A stretch of DNA of 63,681 bases, the filler included, from Folioceros fuciformis (taxonomy: Eukaryota), in assembly GCA_049999805.1 (NCBI GenBank). It is 9 parts of 9 records of this genome, joined end to end, with 100 filler letters (N's around TTAATTAATTAA, not from the genome) between each part and the next. Parts side by side here need not be neighbours in the genome. Positions count along the whole stretch, not along the records: positions 21,043 to 27,522 come from JBNGIO010000926.1; positions 27,623 to 30,432 come from JBNGIO010000927.1; positions 30,533 to 37,404 come from JBNGIO010000928.1; 6 more parts are not named here. One strand, 5' to 3'. Positions 23,829-34,900 of the stretch are shown one piece after another. Position numbers and translations under genes: made by a program. Under the pieces are notes generated by a model. The model ran no database searches. It was not told the DNA's origin and saw only the letters and a program-made list of their open reading frames with translations. Positions within the stretch are counted from its first letter, which is position 1. Each line of letters starts with the position of its first letter.

Positions 23829-25421
23829 TCAGCGCACTAGGAGGTTGGCATTGCGTGCAGCTGTAGTCTGGCACCAGGAACCCTTCACAGCAAGCCTGCA
23901 CGTCATGGTGAGCTTATGCAACTCCGACTCCAGCTGTTCCAGATCCACAAAAATCCTCTGCCCCTTGGCGTAGTTCATGCACTGCCTGACAGAGAAGCAA
24001 TGCCGCCAGCCCACCAGCAACGCAAACATCCTCATCTTGAACGGCATGCCTCCCTCCTCCGTAGGCCAGGTCCCGTACAGCTCGTAGTGATTCAGACCCG
24101 CAGCATGCACATAGTTCCCGAACCAATCGATGTAGTACAACAACGGGAACGCCTCGAACACAGTGGCCTGGGGCCTAGCAAAGAGCAAATTGATGTTGTG
24201 GCTACCGTGAGGAGTGAGCAGGAAATCCGCCTCCGCCACAACCCTAACTTGGTCGCAGAAGTCACCCACTCCGCTGGTGACATGCCGCACGCCCACCACC
24301 AGCTCCCTCTGAAGCACATCCTCCACGTCGAGCAAATTCGCAATGGGCCGGGACGAATTGCTGCGTCTCACAACCACGACGTCCGCCAGCGGTCTCTGCG
24401 CCGCCTTCCCGGCCACCCCGCAGTGTCCCAGAACCCGCTCCCGAAGCCAGTCGTTTGCCTCAGTCCCGGGGACATATCCGGCATTGGTGAGCCCAGAGAA
24501 GAGCACAGCATCCTCGAAACACACTGCCCTCTCCCCGGGCCCCGGCACGTCCAGGAAATCCACCTTCAGGCCCTCCGAAAACGCCTCCAACAGCCCTTTA
24601 GACCAGGGGGAAATGGAGCTGGAATCTGATGGATCTGCGAACCAGAAGAGCTTGGACTTGTTGAGCCCGTAGAGATGAGATAGCAGGATGGCCGGGATGA
24701 GCTTCTCCGCCTCGTGGTGCGGGTTCGGGCCGAGGCCTGGCCCGACCGGCATCATCTTCAGGTCCGCCACCATGTGGGGTCCGCGGATCCAATCCGCCCT
24801 GTCTTGTTGCGGGCAGCTACCTCTCCGTACCAGGACCTTGGCTCGGGGCGTCCCCAGAGTGGAGAGCCGGAGGCTGTCCGGGAGGTGGGTTCCGGGGTGC
24901 ACCTTCCCGCAGACCGTGACCCGGTTGTGGGCGATGCAAAGACCGCGAATTCGGGGGAAGCACACCTTCCCGCATGCGTCCGTGCAGACTGCGGAATCAG
25001 ACACAATGTAGCCCGCCTTGGCATTGGCCTGGTCCTTGCATGCCAGTGGAGAACGGCGTTTGAAGCTGGGAGGGGGGAAGGAGAGCAGCCACTGCAGCGT
25101 GGGGAACACCAGCATCATCACGAAGAAGCAGCAGATAAGGAGCGGGCGGCAGTTGCAGCTCCAGCTCGGCCGCACCACCTTCTCCCATCTCCGGGCTCCG
25201 CGCCTGCCGGTTGAGCGTGACCTGTCCAAGGAGCCGGTCGGGGACTGCGAATTCTGGGAATTGGGATTTTCCGCGTCCAGGTGGTGCTGCTGCAGCTGCC
25301 TGTGGTGCTGCAGCTGGTGGACTGGCCACCCGCTCTCCATCATCACCACGTGCTGCTGCTTCTCCCCTTCCGCCGCTCTACGGCTGAAGCGCGTCTTCTC
25401 CACCATTGCTCCGATCTCCAT
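23829..25421 (-). CDS. Type II membrane glycosyltransferase, GT61/DUF563-like
   Basis: One TM segment (LLICCFFVMMLVFPTLQWLL), then VCFEDAV, VVVVRRSNSSRPIANL and DQVRVVAEADFLLTPHGSHNINLLFARP (GT61 HG motif). A short upstream exon MAKSIDFQ (ATG 25632) may extend it. Confidence 0.75.
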   Translation of the reverse strand: MEIGAMVEKTRFSRRAAEGEKQQHVVMMESGWPVHQLQHHRQLQQHHLDAENPNSQNSQSPTGSLDRSRSTGRRGARRWEKVVRPSWSCNCRPLLICCFFVMMLVFPTLQWLLSFPPPSFKRRSPLACKDQANAKAGYIVSDSAVCTDACGKVCFPRIRGLCIAHNRVTVCGKVHPGTHLPDSLRLSTLGTPRAKVLVRRGSCPQQDRADWIRGPHMVADLKMMPVGPGLGPNPHHEAEKLIPAILLSHLYGLNKSKLFWFADPSDSSSISPWSKGLLEAFSEGLKVDFLDVPGPGERAVCFEDAVLFSGLTNAGYVPGTEANDWLRERVLGHCGVAGKAAQRPLADVVVVRRSNSSRPIANLLDVEDVLQRELVVGVRHVTSGVGDFCDQVRVVAEADFLLTPHGSHNINLLFARPQATVFEAFPLLYYIDWFGNYVHAAGLNHYELYGTWPTEEGGMPFKMRMFALLVGWRHCFSVRQCMNYAKGQRIFVDLEQLESELHKLTMTCRLAVKGSWCQTTAARNANLLVR

Positions 25422-27390
25422 GGCACTTCCTGCTCTTGCTCCTGCTCCTGCTGCATCGCGGGCCTGCGCGTCCTCCGCGTCCTTCTCCTCCTTGTCTTCC
25501 TGCCGCTCCTGCGACTCGAAGAAAGCAAACGACAAAACAGCAAAGGGTCACTTCGTCAGACTTGCTCATAGTTCTGCGTACGGGCTGACTTATACGTTAC
25601 TGGAGAACCTGGAAGTCGATGGATTTTGCCATTCCAGCGCGGCACCTTCCCTGTTTAAGAACGAGAGGCGAAATACAGTAAGTAGGAAGGTTTACAAGAC
25701 GAAGAAGCCACCTTGAAACATGGCACAGGAGGACGGCTGGCTTGCAGCGCAGCCTACAAGCGAAGGTGTGGAGAGGAGAAGAGAAGAGAAGATTCCATGG
25801 CATGCCCTCCGCAGGCTGAGATCAGGTTGCCTGACAATTTGGGCGGCTGCTGTTCCTGCCAGTCTTCTCCATGAGAAGGCCTTGATTGTGGGTAATCATC
25901 TTCCTTTCTGCTTGCTTTCTCGAGGCCTGTGCAAGCATTTGTGCCGTACACAAGGGCAAGGGCAGGCATCTGCACTTGGAGAGTATGACAAGAGAACAGC
26001 CTCATGACACACTCTTCAACCAGCCACCTGGTTTGGACACGGACGCCAAAATGGTGGCCAACTGAAAGATGCACGCCAAGTTTGTGGCAGCGTGGCCAGA
26101 ATTTTAAGGTTCTGGTGGCATGGCCATCCTGTTATTGCTGGGTCTGCACGGAAAAGTCTCGGATGAAAGGCCCTTGTTCTGTATGTACAGAAGGACCAGG
26201 CTAGGAGGGCCTGATTCTGGATAATCACGCCACTCTTTCTTGCTCGCCGAGGGCCTGGGAGAGGAAGCGTTGCTTAACGGCAGGGGCTGGCACCTGCTCT
26301 CACAGATTCTGGAAAGTGAAGTGCTAGAGCGTCACGACATAACACTCAGTCTGGTTGGCACCTGACTGCTGGACACGTACAGTATGTATGCGGCGAACTG
26401 CAATGTGGGCGCTGACAGCTCCACCGGAAAAGTTGTGGTGATGTGGACGGCTCAGACTGAGACGTGGATCTAATCCTCTAGCCTCGCAGCTGCTGATCTG
26501 CTTTTGCTTACCGTGTAGTAGCATGCCGGCATGGGGGACTGGTAGATGAGAGTCGCAAACATACATTGACCATAGCAATTCCACGTGAACACGAGGCTGA
26601 GAAGGACGTGCTGTTGATCATCACGTGAGGTCCCATGTAGTTTCGTGGGCGAGTCGCAAGAGCTAAAAAGACCGGTAGCAGGAGCTGCTTATAGACAGAC
26701 CTGCAGTGGCGGGAATTGAGGCTCAGCCGCTGGCCCTGGTACACATAAATAATTGCGGTAGGAGAAAGGACGGACAACATTCCTCGCCTGAAGAGGACGA
26801 ATAGGGGGTGGCCGAACCAGGAAGACAGACCAAGTTCGGGTTGAAGGCAGTTTGTGAATAGGAAGAGCAAAATGTGCTTTGTGGGAATGCTGAGACACTA
26901 GCGCTAGTTCTAGTGTCAACAAGCAGGAGTCGCTGTGCGTGACCGTGTCTGATCATGAGCTGGTGCGATCAGATGTTGCATCTGGACAGCGCCAGGCATT
27001 GATGGGTTAATCGATTCAAGACCAGAGAGGAATCCGTTACAGTTTTAAGTATCTTGCTTTCCTGGAACTCCTCCAGTTGCATGTTGCGTCAGCATCAGCA
27101 AGTAGCCGTGACGCTGGCCTATGCTCGTCTGATCCGGTATTTCTGGCTGACTGCTGCCTTCCTTTCAGAAATGTCCGACGAACTGCCCGGATTGGTGCCC
27201 CTACAAACTGATTTTAAGTCTAGAAGAGGCATCAGTCTAATCTTCAAGCTGGGCAAGCCTGAGTTGAAACTCTCTCAGCAGAAATGACGCTCGTCAGGAA
27301 CTGCAAAGAGGTGTTCGCATTTTTGACGGAGGACGACGGGGAGGTGGGTTGCAAAGTTGTTTGGGCAGTGGTGCGGAAGGAGGACATTTC

Positions 27391-27522
27391 TTATGCGGTG
27401 GGAGGCGGAAATGTCTTAGATGGTGGTGGAGGAGGGGGCGGCTTTCGTGGTGGCGGTGGAGGAGGAGGTGACAGCTTTCGTGGTGGCGCCGAATGAGGTG
27501 GATGTGACGGCTTTTTCGGTGG
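27391..27522 (-). CDS. C-terminus of a proline-rich/extensin-like protein (truncated by gap)
   Basis: Open from the segment edge: PPKKPSHPPHSAPPRKLSPPPPPPPRKPPPPPPPSKTFPPPTA*. Confidence 0.5.
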   Translation of the reverse strand, partial: PPKKPSHPPHSAPPRKLSPPPPPPPRKPPPPPPPSKTFPPPTA

Positions 27523-27622
27523 NNNNNNNNNNNNNNNNNNNNNNNNNNNNNNNNNNNNNNNNNNNNTTAATTAATTAANNNNNNNNNNNNNNNNNNNNNN
27601 NNNNNNNNNNNNNNNNNNNNNN
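27523..27622. other. Artificial assembly spacer
   Basis: N44-TTAATTAATTAA-N44. Confidence 0.98.
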
Positions 27623-29154
27623 TGTTTAATCTGCCCCGGCCTCTCAGGCTTAGGTTCTGCCTCATCGGCCCCTGTTTACGCGGAATGTGTTGTGACTCGC
27701 TGGCAAAACACATTACAGAATGGAGAGGACGGAAACGCATTAACATTGACGTGGGTGGGTAATGGCGATGGCATTGGGTCCACCTGAGCAGGTAGCGCCC
27801 GTTACGGTTACATCGGTTAAGACTCCGTTGATGACACAGGCGCGACGACGGCGCCTCCGGTTGGGAGACTCGGTCAACAAGGACGGAAGACTGGGAGGAG
27901 AGGAGCCGGAGAGATAGCAATTGCGAGCGATTTGAGAGACTGCTTGGCCGCCCATGGCGGGACAGGGCAGGGCAGGGCGGGGCCGCAGGACGGCTAAGTG
28001 ATGTTTCTGAGCACTGTAACAAATAGCACTGGCGGGAATGGAATGGAATGGAGTGGATGATGGATGCATCCGTTTGGGCTTCCGAGTTCCAGAATCCGGC
28101 ACAGAAGTGACAAGGAGGAGGGATTGGTTGGCATAGAGCGCAGCGTAGCCCACACCCTCCCTGGACTCCACCCACACTGCAGGCGGTGTACTACTGGTAG
28201 GGCAGGGGCCAGAATCCCAGATTCCTTGCTTGCTGTTTGTTACTTGGTGCGAGTGGCCCCGCGCCCCGAATGCCCTTCCACCAAATTGTGCGCACTTCTG
28301 GCTTCACTTTTAGGGTTTCGGGGGCCGACGCCGGCGCAGTAGGCCGGAAGCCGGAGCCCGGGCCCTCACCTTCGCCTGCGCCATCCTGGAATAAGCCGAC
28401 AGATGTATGTAGATCCAGGCTGCAAGCCGCCCCGGTCGCGTTCGCGTCGGTCAGAGCACGTGCCGGTGCCGCTCACCGGCCATCTTCGATTATATATGTT
28501 AGTGCACGACCTCAGCTTCCGTCCTCACCTTCCGGTTGGATCCATGCAACTTGCCGTTGCTCCATCCGTCGTCATGTGCGTTGAGTACAAAAATTCCCTT
28601 CGTTCTTGTCTTTGATTGTGGAGGAAGGGAAGAATGTTGGTCATTGTATATATATGGAGAGACTTGGGGCTTCAATTGCATCAGCACCTCAACAACAACA
28701 ACTCCGAATTCGAAAACATGGTTCATCGATGCTCACTGTGACAGTGAGAAAGTAAAGCTATGAAGCAATCACTCATCGCTTATGACATATTCGTGGTAGG
28801 TCAAGGGTAGATCGAAAGTAAAGCTGCAAAGGAATCAGGTAGATCGAAAGTAAAGCTGCAAAGGAATCACTCATCGTTTATGATATGTCAGTGGTAGGCC
28901 AAGGGTAGATCAAAAGGACAGAATACAAATGTCAGACAGACTCATTCAATAATGGACCTGGCCACCTACTTTAGGTGTTCGTCAGTGTACTAGACCTTCC
29001 ACTAATCCTTCAAATCTCCCACTCCTAGTCAGGAATCTCTTTTCCGTAGTAGTCTCCAGAAGAGAAGACAACGTCAGAGATCACGAGCCCCAATGTAAAC
29101 TTCACATAATGTTTAGCAAAGTCGATGAAAGTACCCAATAGGTTGTAAGGTATT

Positions 29155-29372
29155 GAATAGGTGAAAGTACACAACACACTCCAAGATGCAAAGTCCGTGG
29201 GAGCATACACCAAAGTAGAATGTGGGACCATGGCACACTGTGTGTACAAATATTTAGTGGACGGCGAATAGGTGAAAGTACACAACACACTCCAAGATGC
29301 AAGGACCGTGGGGGTATACAGCAAAGTAGATTGTGGAATCATGGCACACTATGTGTACAAATATTTAGTGGA
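29155..29372. repeat. 111-bp direct tandem duplication
   Basis: GAATAGGTGAAAGTACACAACACACTCCAAGATGCAA... starts at both 29155 and 29266. Confidence 0.9.
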
Positions 29373-29519
29373 ACGGGTTGGTGCGAGTACACCACCAGCT
29401 AGGTGAATCGTTTGGTGTGATATTCTGAGTTGAATGTCAGAGATATTGGGGGATCAAAATTGTCCACTCCACTTTGGATGGGATCGAAGTGATGTAGACA
29501 AGTGAATGCATTAAATAGC

Positions 29520-29697
29520 AAACAACCCAATGGCAACTAAGCTCTTCCAGAAGATTGAATCATTAACAAACCAACAACTCAATGGCAACCAAGTTCTTCT
29601 ATGGAAGATTGAATCAATAACAACCCAACGGCACACCTAATCTCTTCCATGGAAGATTGAATCATCAACAACCCAAGGACACCTAAGCTCTTCTATG
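29520..29697. repeat. ~48-bp degenerate tandem repeat, ~4 copies
   Basis: Recurrent CAACCCAA...CTCTTC...GAAGATTGAATCA. Confidence 0.8.
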
Positions 29698-30227
29698 AAT
29701 ATGTCTATGGTCTTTGAACAAAGGAAAATAAGTAGGCTTCCATAGTCCAAGAATGATTGAAAAGTGCAAAGTGCAACTTGTTGGATATTATGGCCACTTG
29801 TTCATGACGTAAGATGGGGTTTATCTATCTCGGCTCTTTCAATAGAATACTCACTTACCAAATGCTTTGAGATACCTACCTGTTATCCAGAAGAAAAGAG
29901 GTTGTTGGTACATTGACAAACAAGTTTGCCTCTCGCCTCGAGTTTCTGAATGCGGTGTCGTTTGTTCCGTTGCAGTTGCGCATGTTGACGGGTTGATGAG
30001 ATAAGCGTCCAGCGAGATACGAAGTGATCCAAACTGATTACGGCATCACCAGTTGTCGGATTGAGCTGGGATCACGCCGTGTGCATGAGCAGCTGAAAAT
30101 GGCAGGCAATTGTGCTCCGGCCTTCCTCATGGCTTTCGCGGGGAAGGGGATTACGTCATTCCTGCGTGAGCAACACCGAGCTCTGCAATTCCATTCACCC
30201 TGAGAACGCCCTCCTACATCCCTCGAC

Positions 30228-30432
30228 ATGGCGGCAACGGCAGACTTGGCATGGCTCCGGCAGCATGTGCCAGCGGACGCCTTGTTCCTGGGATTTGACA
30301 GTTCCACGCAGTCGTGCAAGGCGACGGCCCTGGATTCGGGGCTGAACATGGTGGCGTTCGAGTCGGTGAATTTCGACTCGGAGCTGCCGCATCACGGCAC
30401 CAAGGGCGGGGTGCACCGGGACCAGAGGCCCC
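30228..30432 (+). CDS. XK2: Xylulose kinase (FGGY family), 5' part only
   Basis: ALFLGFDSSTQSCKATALDSGLN...VNFDSELPHHGTKGGVHRD matches the xylulokinase N-terminus. Cut by the gap. Confidence 0.85.
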
Positions 30433-30532
30433 NNNNNNNNNNNNNNNNNNNNNNNNNNNNNNNNNNNNNNNNNNNNTTAATTAATTAANNNNNNNNNNNN
30501 NNNNNNNNNNNNNNNNNNNNNNNNNNNNNNNN
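30433..30532. other. Artificial assembly spacer
   Basis: N44-TTAATTAATTAA-N44. Confidence 0.98.
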
Positions 30533-30825
30533 TGCCTGACAATGAGCATAAGTACGTTACCTATGGTCAACCGGTAATAGAACTAGTTTTGTGCACGCAT
30601 TATTAGTTGTAGATGTTTGCTTTGTCCCGTTCGCGCACTGTGGATGTTATCGATGCCTCCTTATGTGTAGATAGTGTGAGCCACGGTTGATTTGGAAAAT
30701 AGTCTCAGCCGGGGGACCAGACTGGACAGGACAGTTGAGCCGTGGTTGTGGTCTGGCAAGCTTGATTGTGCTGCGTGGTCTGTTTGTTGGCGAGGACCGG
30801 TTGAAGGGGAAAGGGGGGCAGCGAC

Positions 30826-31592
30826 ATGATCAGCCGGCTTCAGAGAGCGCGGGCTCTGTGCAGGGTGGTGACCCAGCGTGGCTTTGCAGATGCCGCAGCT
30901 CCACCTGCGGCCCCAGCCCTCGGGCTGTCCGAGGAGTTCAAGGCTGCCTGGAGGAAGGTGGCTCCCAACCTGGATCTGCCCAAGGTGCCTTCCCAGTTTT
31001 TGAAGCCGCGACCGCCTGTGGCAGCCACTATTCCGGCCAAGCTCACCGTCAATTTCGTGCTGCCGTACTCGATGGAGCTGGACGCCAAGGAGGTGAGTGA
31101 TTGATGGCTTGGCATTGCATGTCTGTGTACCGCGGACGGTGCTTGTGAGTGTCGCTCGTGCGGCGCGACCATGATCCCGTCTCTGCTGTAGGTTAGGGTT
31201 GGAGTATTGCAGGGCTAGCCTGAGATGTGGTGCAACGGGTGTGGCAGGTGGACATGGTGATTATTCCTTCAACTTCCGGCCAGATGGGAGTGCTGCCAGG
31301 TCATGTTCCCACAATTGCAGAGCTCAAGCCAGGGTTGCTGTCCGTGCACGAAGGCACAGACGTGAAGCAGTATTTTGTGAGCAGCGGCTATGCTTTCATC
31401 CATGCCAACTCCGTCACTGATGTTGTGGCGATCGAAGCCATCCCGCTGGACAGGTTCGACCCTGAGGAGGTCAGGAGGGGTGAAGCAGAGTACGCTCAGA
31501 AAATCAACACCGCATCCACAGACCTTGAGAAAGCTGAGGCGCAGATCGGACTGGACGTGCACAGCGCTTTGAAGGCAGCTCTTGGAGCGTAA
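30826..31592 (+). CDS. ATP16: Mitochondrial F1 ATP synthase delta' subunit (exons 30826-31092, 31248-31592)
   Basis: [10 protein letters not shown]...[31 protein letters not shown]...[14 protein letters not shown]...[15 protein letters not shown]. Confidence 0.95.
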
Positions 31593-31964
31593 GGCATGCT
31601 ATCAACTTGCAGCTGTGAGCACGGGAATGCCGGAAGGCAAGAGATCTACCGAGAAGAGTGTGACAAGTCTGGACATCCGGAAATCGGGAAGCAAGTTTCC
31701 GAAACCCCGTGGGGTGTTGCCAATGTGATTATTCGGTTTTTCGCTTAAAGAAAATTCGGAACGCTAGGCTTTCTTAAGTAATACACTCCCTCTAGCATTT
31801 TCACAGAGTACCCCCTTTGTCACACTGCGTGTCCCCCATTTGCTTGCTGCCCCACGGAAGATGTAAGGGCAGCAGCCTCGGAATTGACCAGAGAATCGAG
31901 AACGTTTAGGCATTGATCGAACTCGGACGGGGCAGTCGCCCTTGGCTCCTGACAAGAATCATCT

Positions 31965-34900
31965 ATGCTGGCAGTAATTGGCCCCTCTACGTTCCGGCAG
32001 GTGCCTTCGTTAAGGAGATTGTTGCTGCCAGGCTACGGGCGATGCCATGTAGAAGACCAGGTTGTGCTGCTGGTGAATGCCTCTCTCCCGAAGGTTAGGC
32101 ATTCCGCGCTTTCCGGGCTGCCACAAGCGAAGTTGTGGTCTTCGAATGCTCGCAGGGACGACGATTCTGGTGAGGCTGAGGTATCCGGCAAGGAAGAGGG
32201 CTCCAGGCGTGGAGAAAGTGGGGGGAAGGGTGCAGCTGAGGAGAATGGCGCATCTGAGATTGGCAGTGAGAATCGCGGCGTGGGGCAGAAAGGGGATGGC
32301 GAAGAGTCAGGATGGCTCGGAGAGGGTTCCAGGTGGCGGAGAATACCCAGGCAGATCTCCAGAGCGTTGTTTGGGGAGCGTCCGAAGGAAGCCCCCAAGG
32401 AAGTGTCCAAGGAGGTGAAGGATGTTGAAACAGCTGCCAAATCTCCTCCTGTAGTTGCAGAGGTTGCGGAGCCTGTAGTTGCAGAGGGTGCAGAACAGGC
32501 AGCTGAGGATTCGGCTGGGAAAGTGGGTTCAGCAGGAGGTTCAGCAGGTGCGATTGTTCCCGCTGGTCCACGACCTGAGAATTTTCCTATGGTACCTCCT
32601 GCCTGACATTCTCTGGCTAAACCCTAAACCCTAGATACTTGCATTCGGTCATGCCTGTTTTGTCTTGTTTAATCTTGTTAGCCGAGAAAGTTATTTCGTT
32701 GAATTCAGTCCGCTGCTTTTGATGTACAGGTCCTAGCCATACCTCTCACGAGGAGGCCACTCTTTCCTGGATTTTACGTTCCAATTCCGATCAAGGTAAC
32801 TTTGTTTTGGTTCATGGGACACCTCTTACTTAAAGATGGCAGATGTGCACTTCCCTGCCCCATGGCTTATTTTCATTGGTTGCGTCTTTCTCTGCATTGG
32901 CTGTGCATTTGCTAATATATGTTTTACGGAAATTGCAGGACCAGAAGCTTGCTGAAGCCCTGATCGAGCTTCGTTCACGAGGCACGCCTTATGTAGGGGC
33001 CTTCTTACGGAAGGATATAGAACTGAAGCACAAGGGTTCATCTCCTTCCTCAACTGATCGTGATGTGGAGGTTGCAGATCTTCGTGGTGAAAAGCTGTAC
33101 AAGCAACTTCATGAATACGGGACGTTTGCTCAGGTGCGTTGAGCCTTGTCCTAAAGTTTCGAACTTGAAAGGGTAGCACACTCGTTTGCAGTCTATACGG
33201 TTTCCTTGACGGTTGAGATCGGTCTCAGAAACGACTGTTGAGTTTAGGTTCCATTCAGCCAAGTCCTTTCTCCGTGGCATCGTGGGGCCTATCCCTTATG
33301 TGCTTTATTATGAACAGGTGACAAATGTCATCAGGACGGTGGAAGGGGAAACTGGACAGATCCAGTTGCTGCTTATGGGACACAGGCGCATTCGTCTCAC
33401 TGGAATTGTAAGTGTCCAGTCACGATGTAGAAAGTTAGAGGCATTGATCTCTTGCTCACCGTGGTTGTTTCCGTTTTTGTCCACCCAGGTGGATACGGAG
33501 CCATTGACTGTCGCTGTGGAACATCTGAGGGTATGGTTGCTGTTATTTTTTTTTTTCGCTTGCCGTTACCATCAATCAGTACTTCGAATACCTCAAGATC
33601 CCAGCCTGACTTGCCGCTGTATTTCCAGGACAAGTCACATGACTCCTCCACGGATATCATAAAGGCCACTGTACTTGAGGTTGTTTCAACCATGAAGGAT
33701 CTGATGCGGTTGAATCCTCTCTATAAGGAGCATATCCAAATGTTTGTTCAGGTAAGGGGTGACCATTCAGTAGCCACAGCAGAAAGCTTCTCAATTTGTG
33801 GGTCCATACACACCAGTTTTTCTGTGTCTTTGAAGAGCCCGGTCTAATTGTTCCGAGGTCCTGCAGCACATTGGAGACTTCAATGCCTCAAGGTTGGCTG
33901 ACTTTGGTGCGGCCTTAACTACTGCTGATGAGCCTTCATTGCAGGAGGTGCTGGAGGAGCTAGATGTAAGATACTGTGCAGACTCTTCTTTCCTATGTAC
34001 TTGTTTAAGTGTGTGAAGAGATGGTTTTTTCTTTTCAAAGTGGATTTCACCTGAGGGTTGAGTGCTTGGCAGGTAGAAAAGCGTTTAAGCCTGACACTTA
34101 TGCTATTAAAGAAGGAATTAGAACTTAGCAAGCTGCAGGTAAGCTGTGTGGCTCGGCTCTAAACCATTCCTAACTTCTGTGTCCGTCTGGGAGCTGGGAT
34201 AACCTTGTTCAAGGTGTGCATGTTTCATGACAGGCGTCGATTGCCAAGGGTGTGGAAGAGAAAATTAGTGGCGAGCAGCGCCGTTTTTTCCTCATGGAGC
34301 AGCTGAAGGCGATAAAGAAGGTGAACTAATGTTTAAGGTCCAGACTGAGTAAAACTGTTTGGTGGTGGTTACCATGTTGCTTACCTCTGCGTGTTGCTTT
34401 TCTTAGGAGCTAGGATTGGAGACAGATGACAAAACAGCTCTCACTGGTAGGTTGGTCTCCAGGGCGTCAGCACAGTTTGTCGTTTGATGCTTCCAGTTTT
34501 CCAACAATTGGGTTGCATGTGCTATGTGCAGCCAAATTCAGGGAGAGATTAGAACCCAACAGAAAGGCTTGCCCTCCCAATATCTTACAAGTGATTGACG
34601 AAGAGTTGAGCAAGTTGCAGGGGTTGGAAGCCAGCTCCAGTGAATTTAATGTGACCAGGAACTATTTGGACTGGCTCACGTCCATTCCCTGGGGTCGATA
34701 CAGGTGACGTAGAATTAAGTTGATGAGCTTGAGTTGGAGCGCAGATCGTTGCAGCCATCGCTTATTCTCGTTTGTTCCATCACTGCAGTGAGGAGAACTT
34801 CAATGTTAAGCAAGCTCAAGAGATCCTGGATGCTGAGCACTATGGCCTATCTGATGTCAAAGAGAGGATTCTAGAGTTCATTGCCGTTGGCAAGTTAAGA

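Noticed and set aside
27284-27496. Gly-rich plus-strand ORF (GGGFRGGG) resembling a GRP/RGG protein
   Set aside because: Better explained as the antisense of a Pro-rich C-terminus that is open to the gap on the minus strand.
27623-28180. Minus-strand ORFs with transit-peptide-like composition (MGGQAVSQ...)
   Set aside because: May be the 5' end of a gene lost in the gap, but frame and product cannot be determined.
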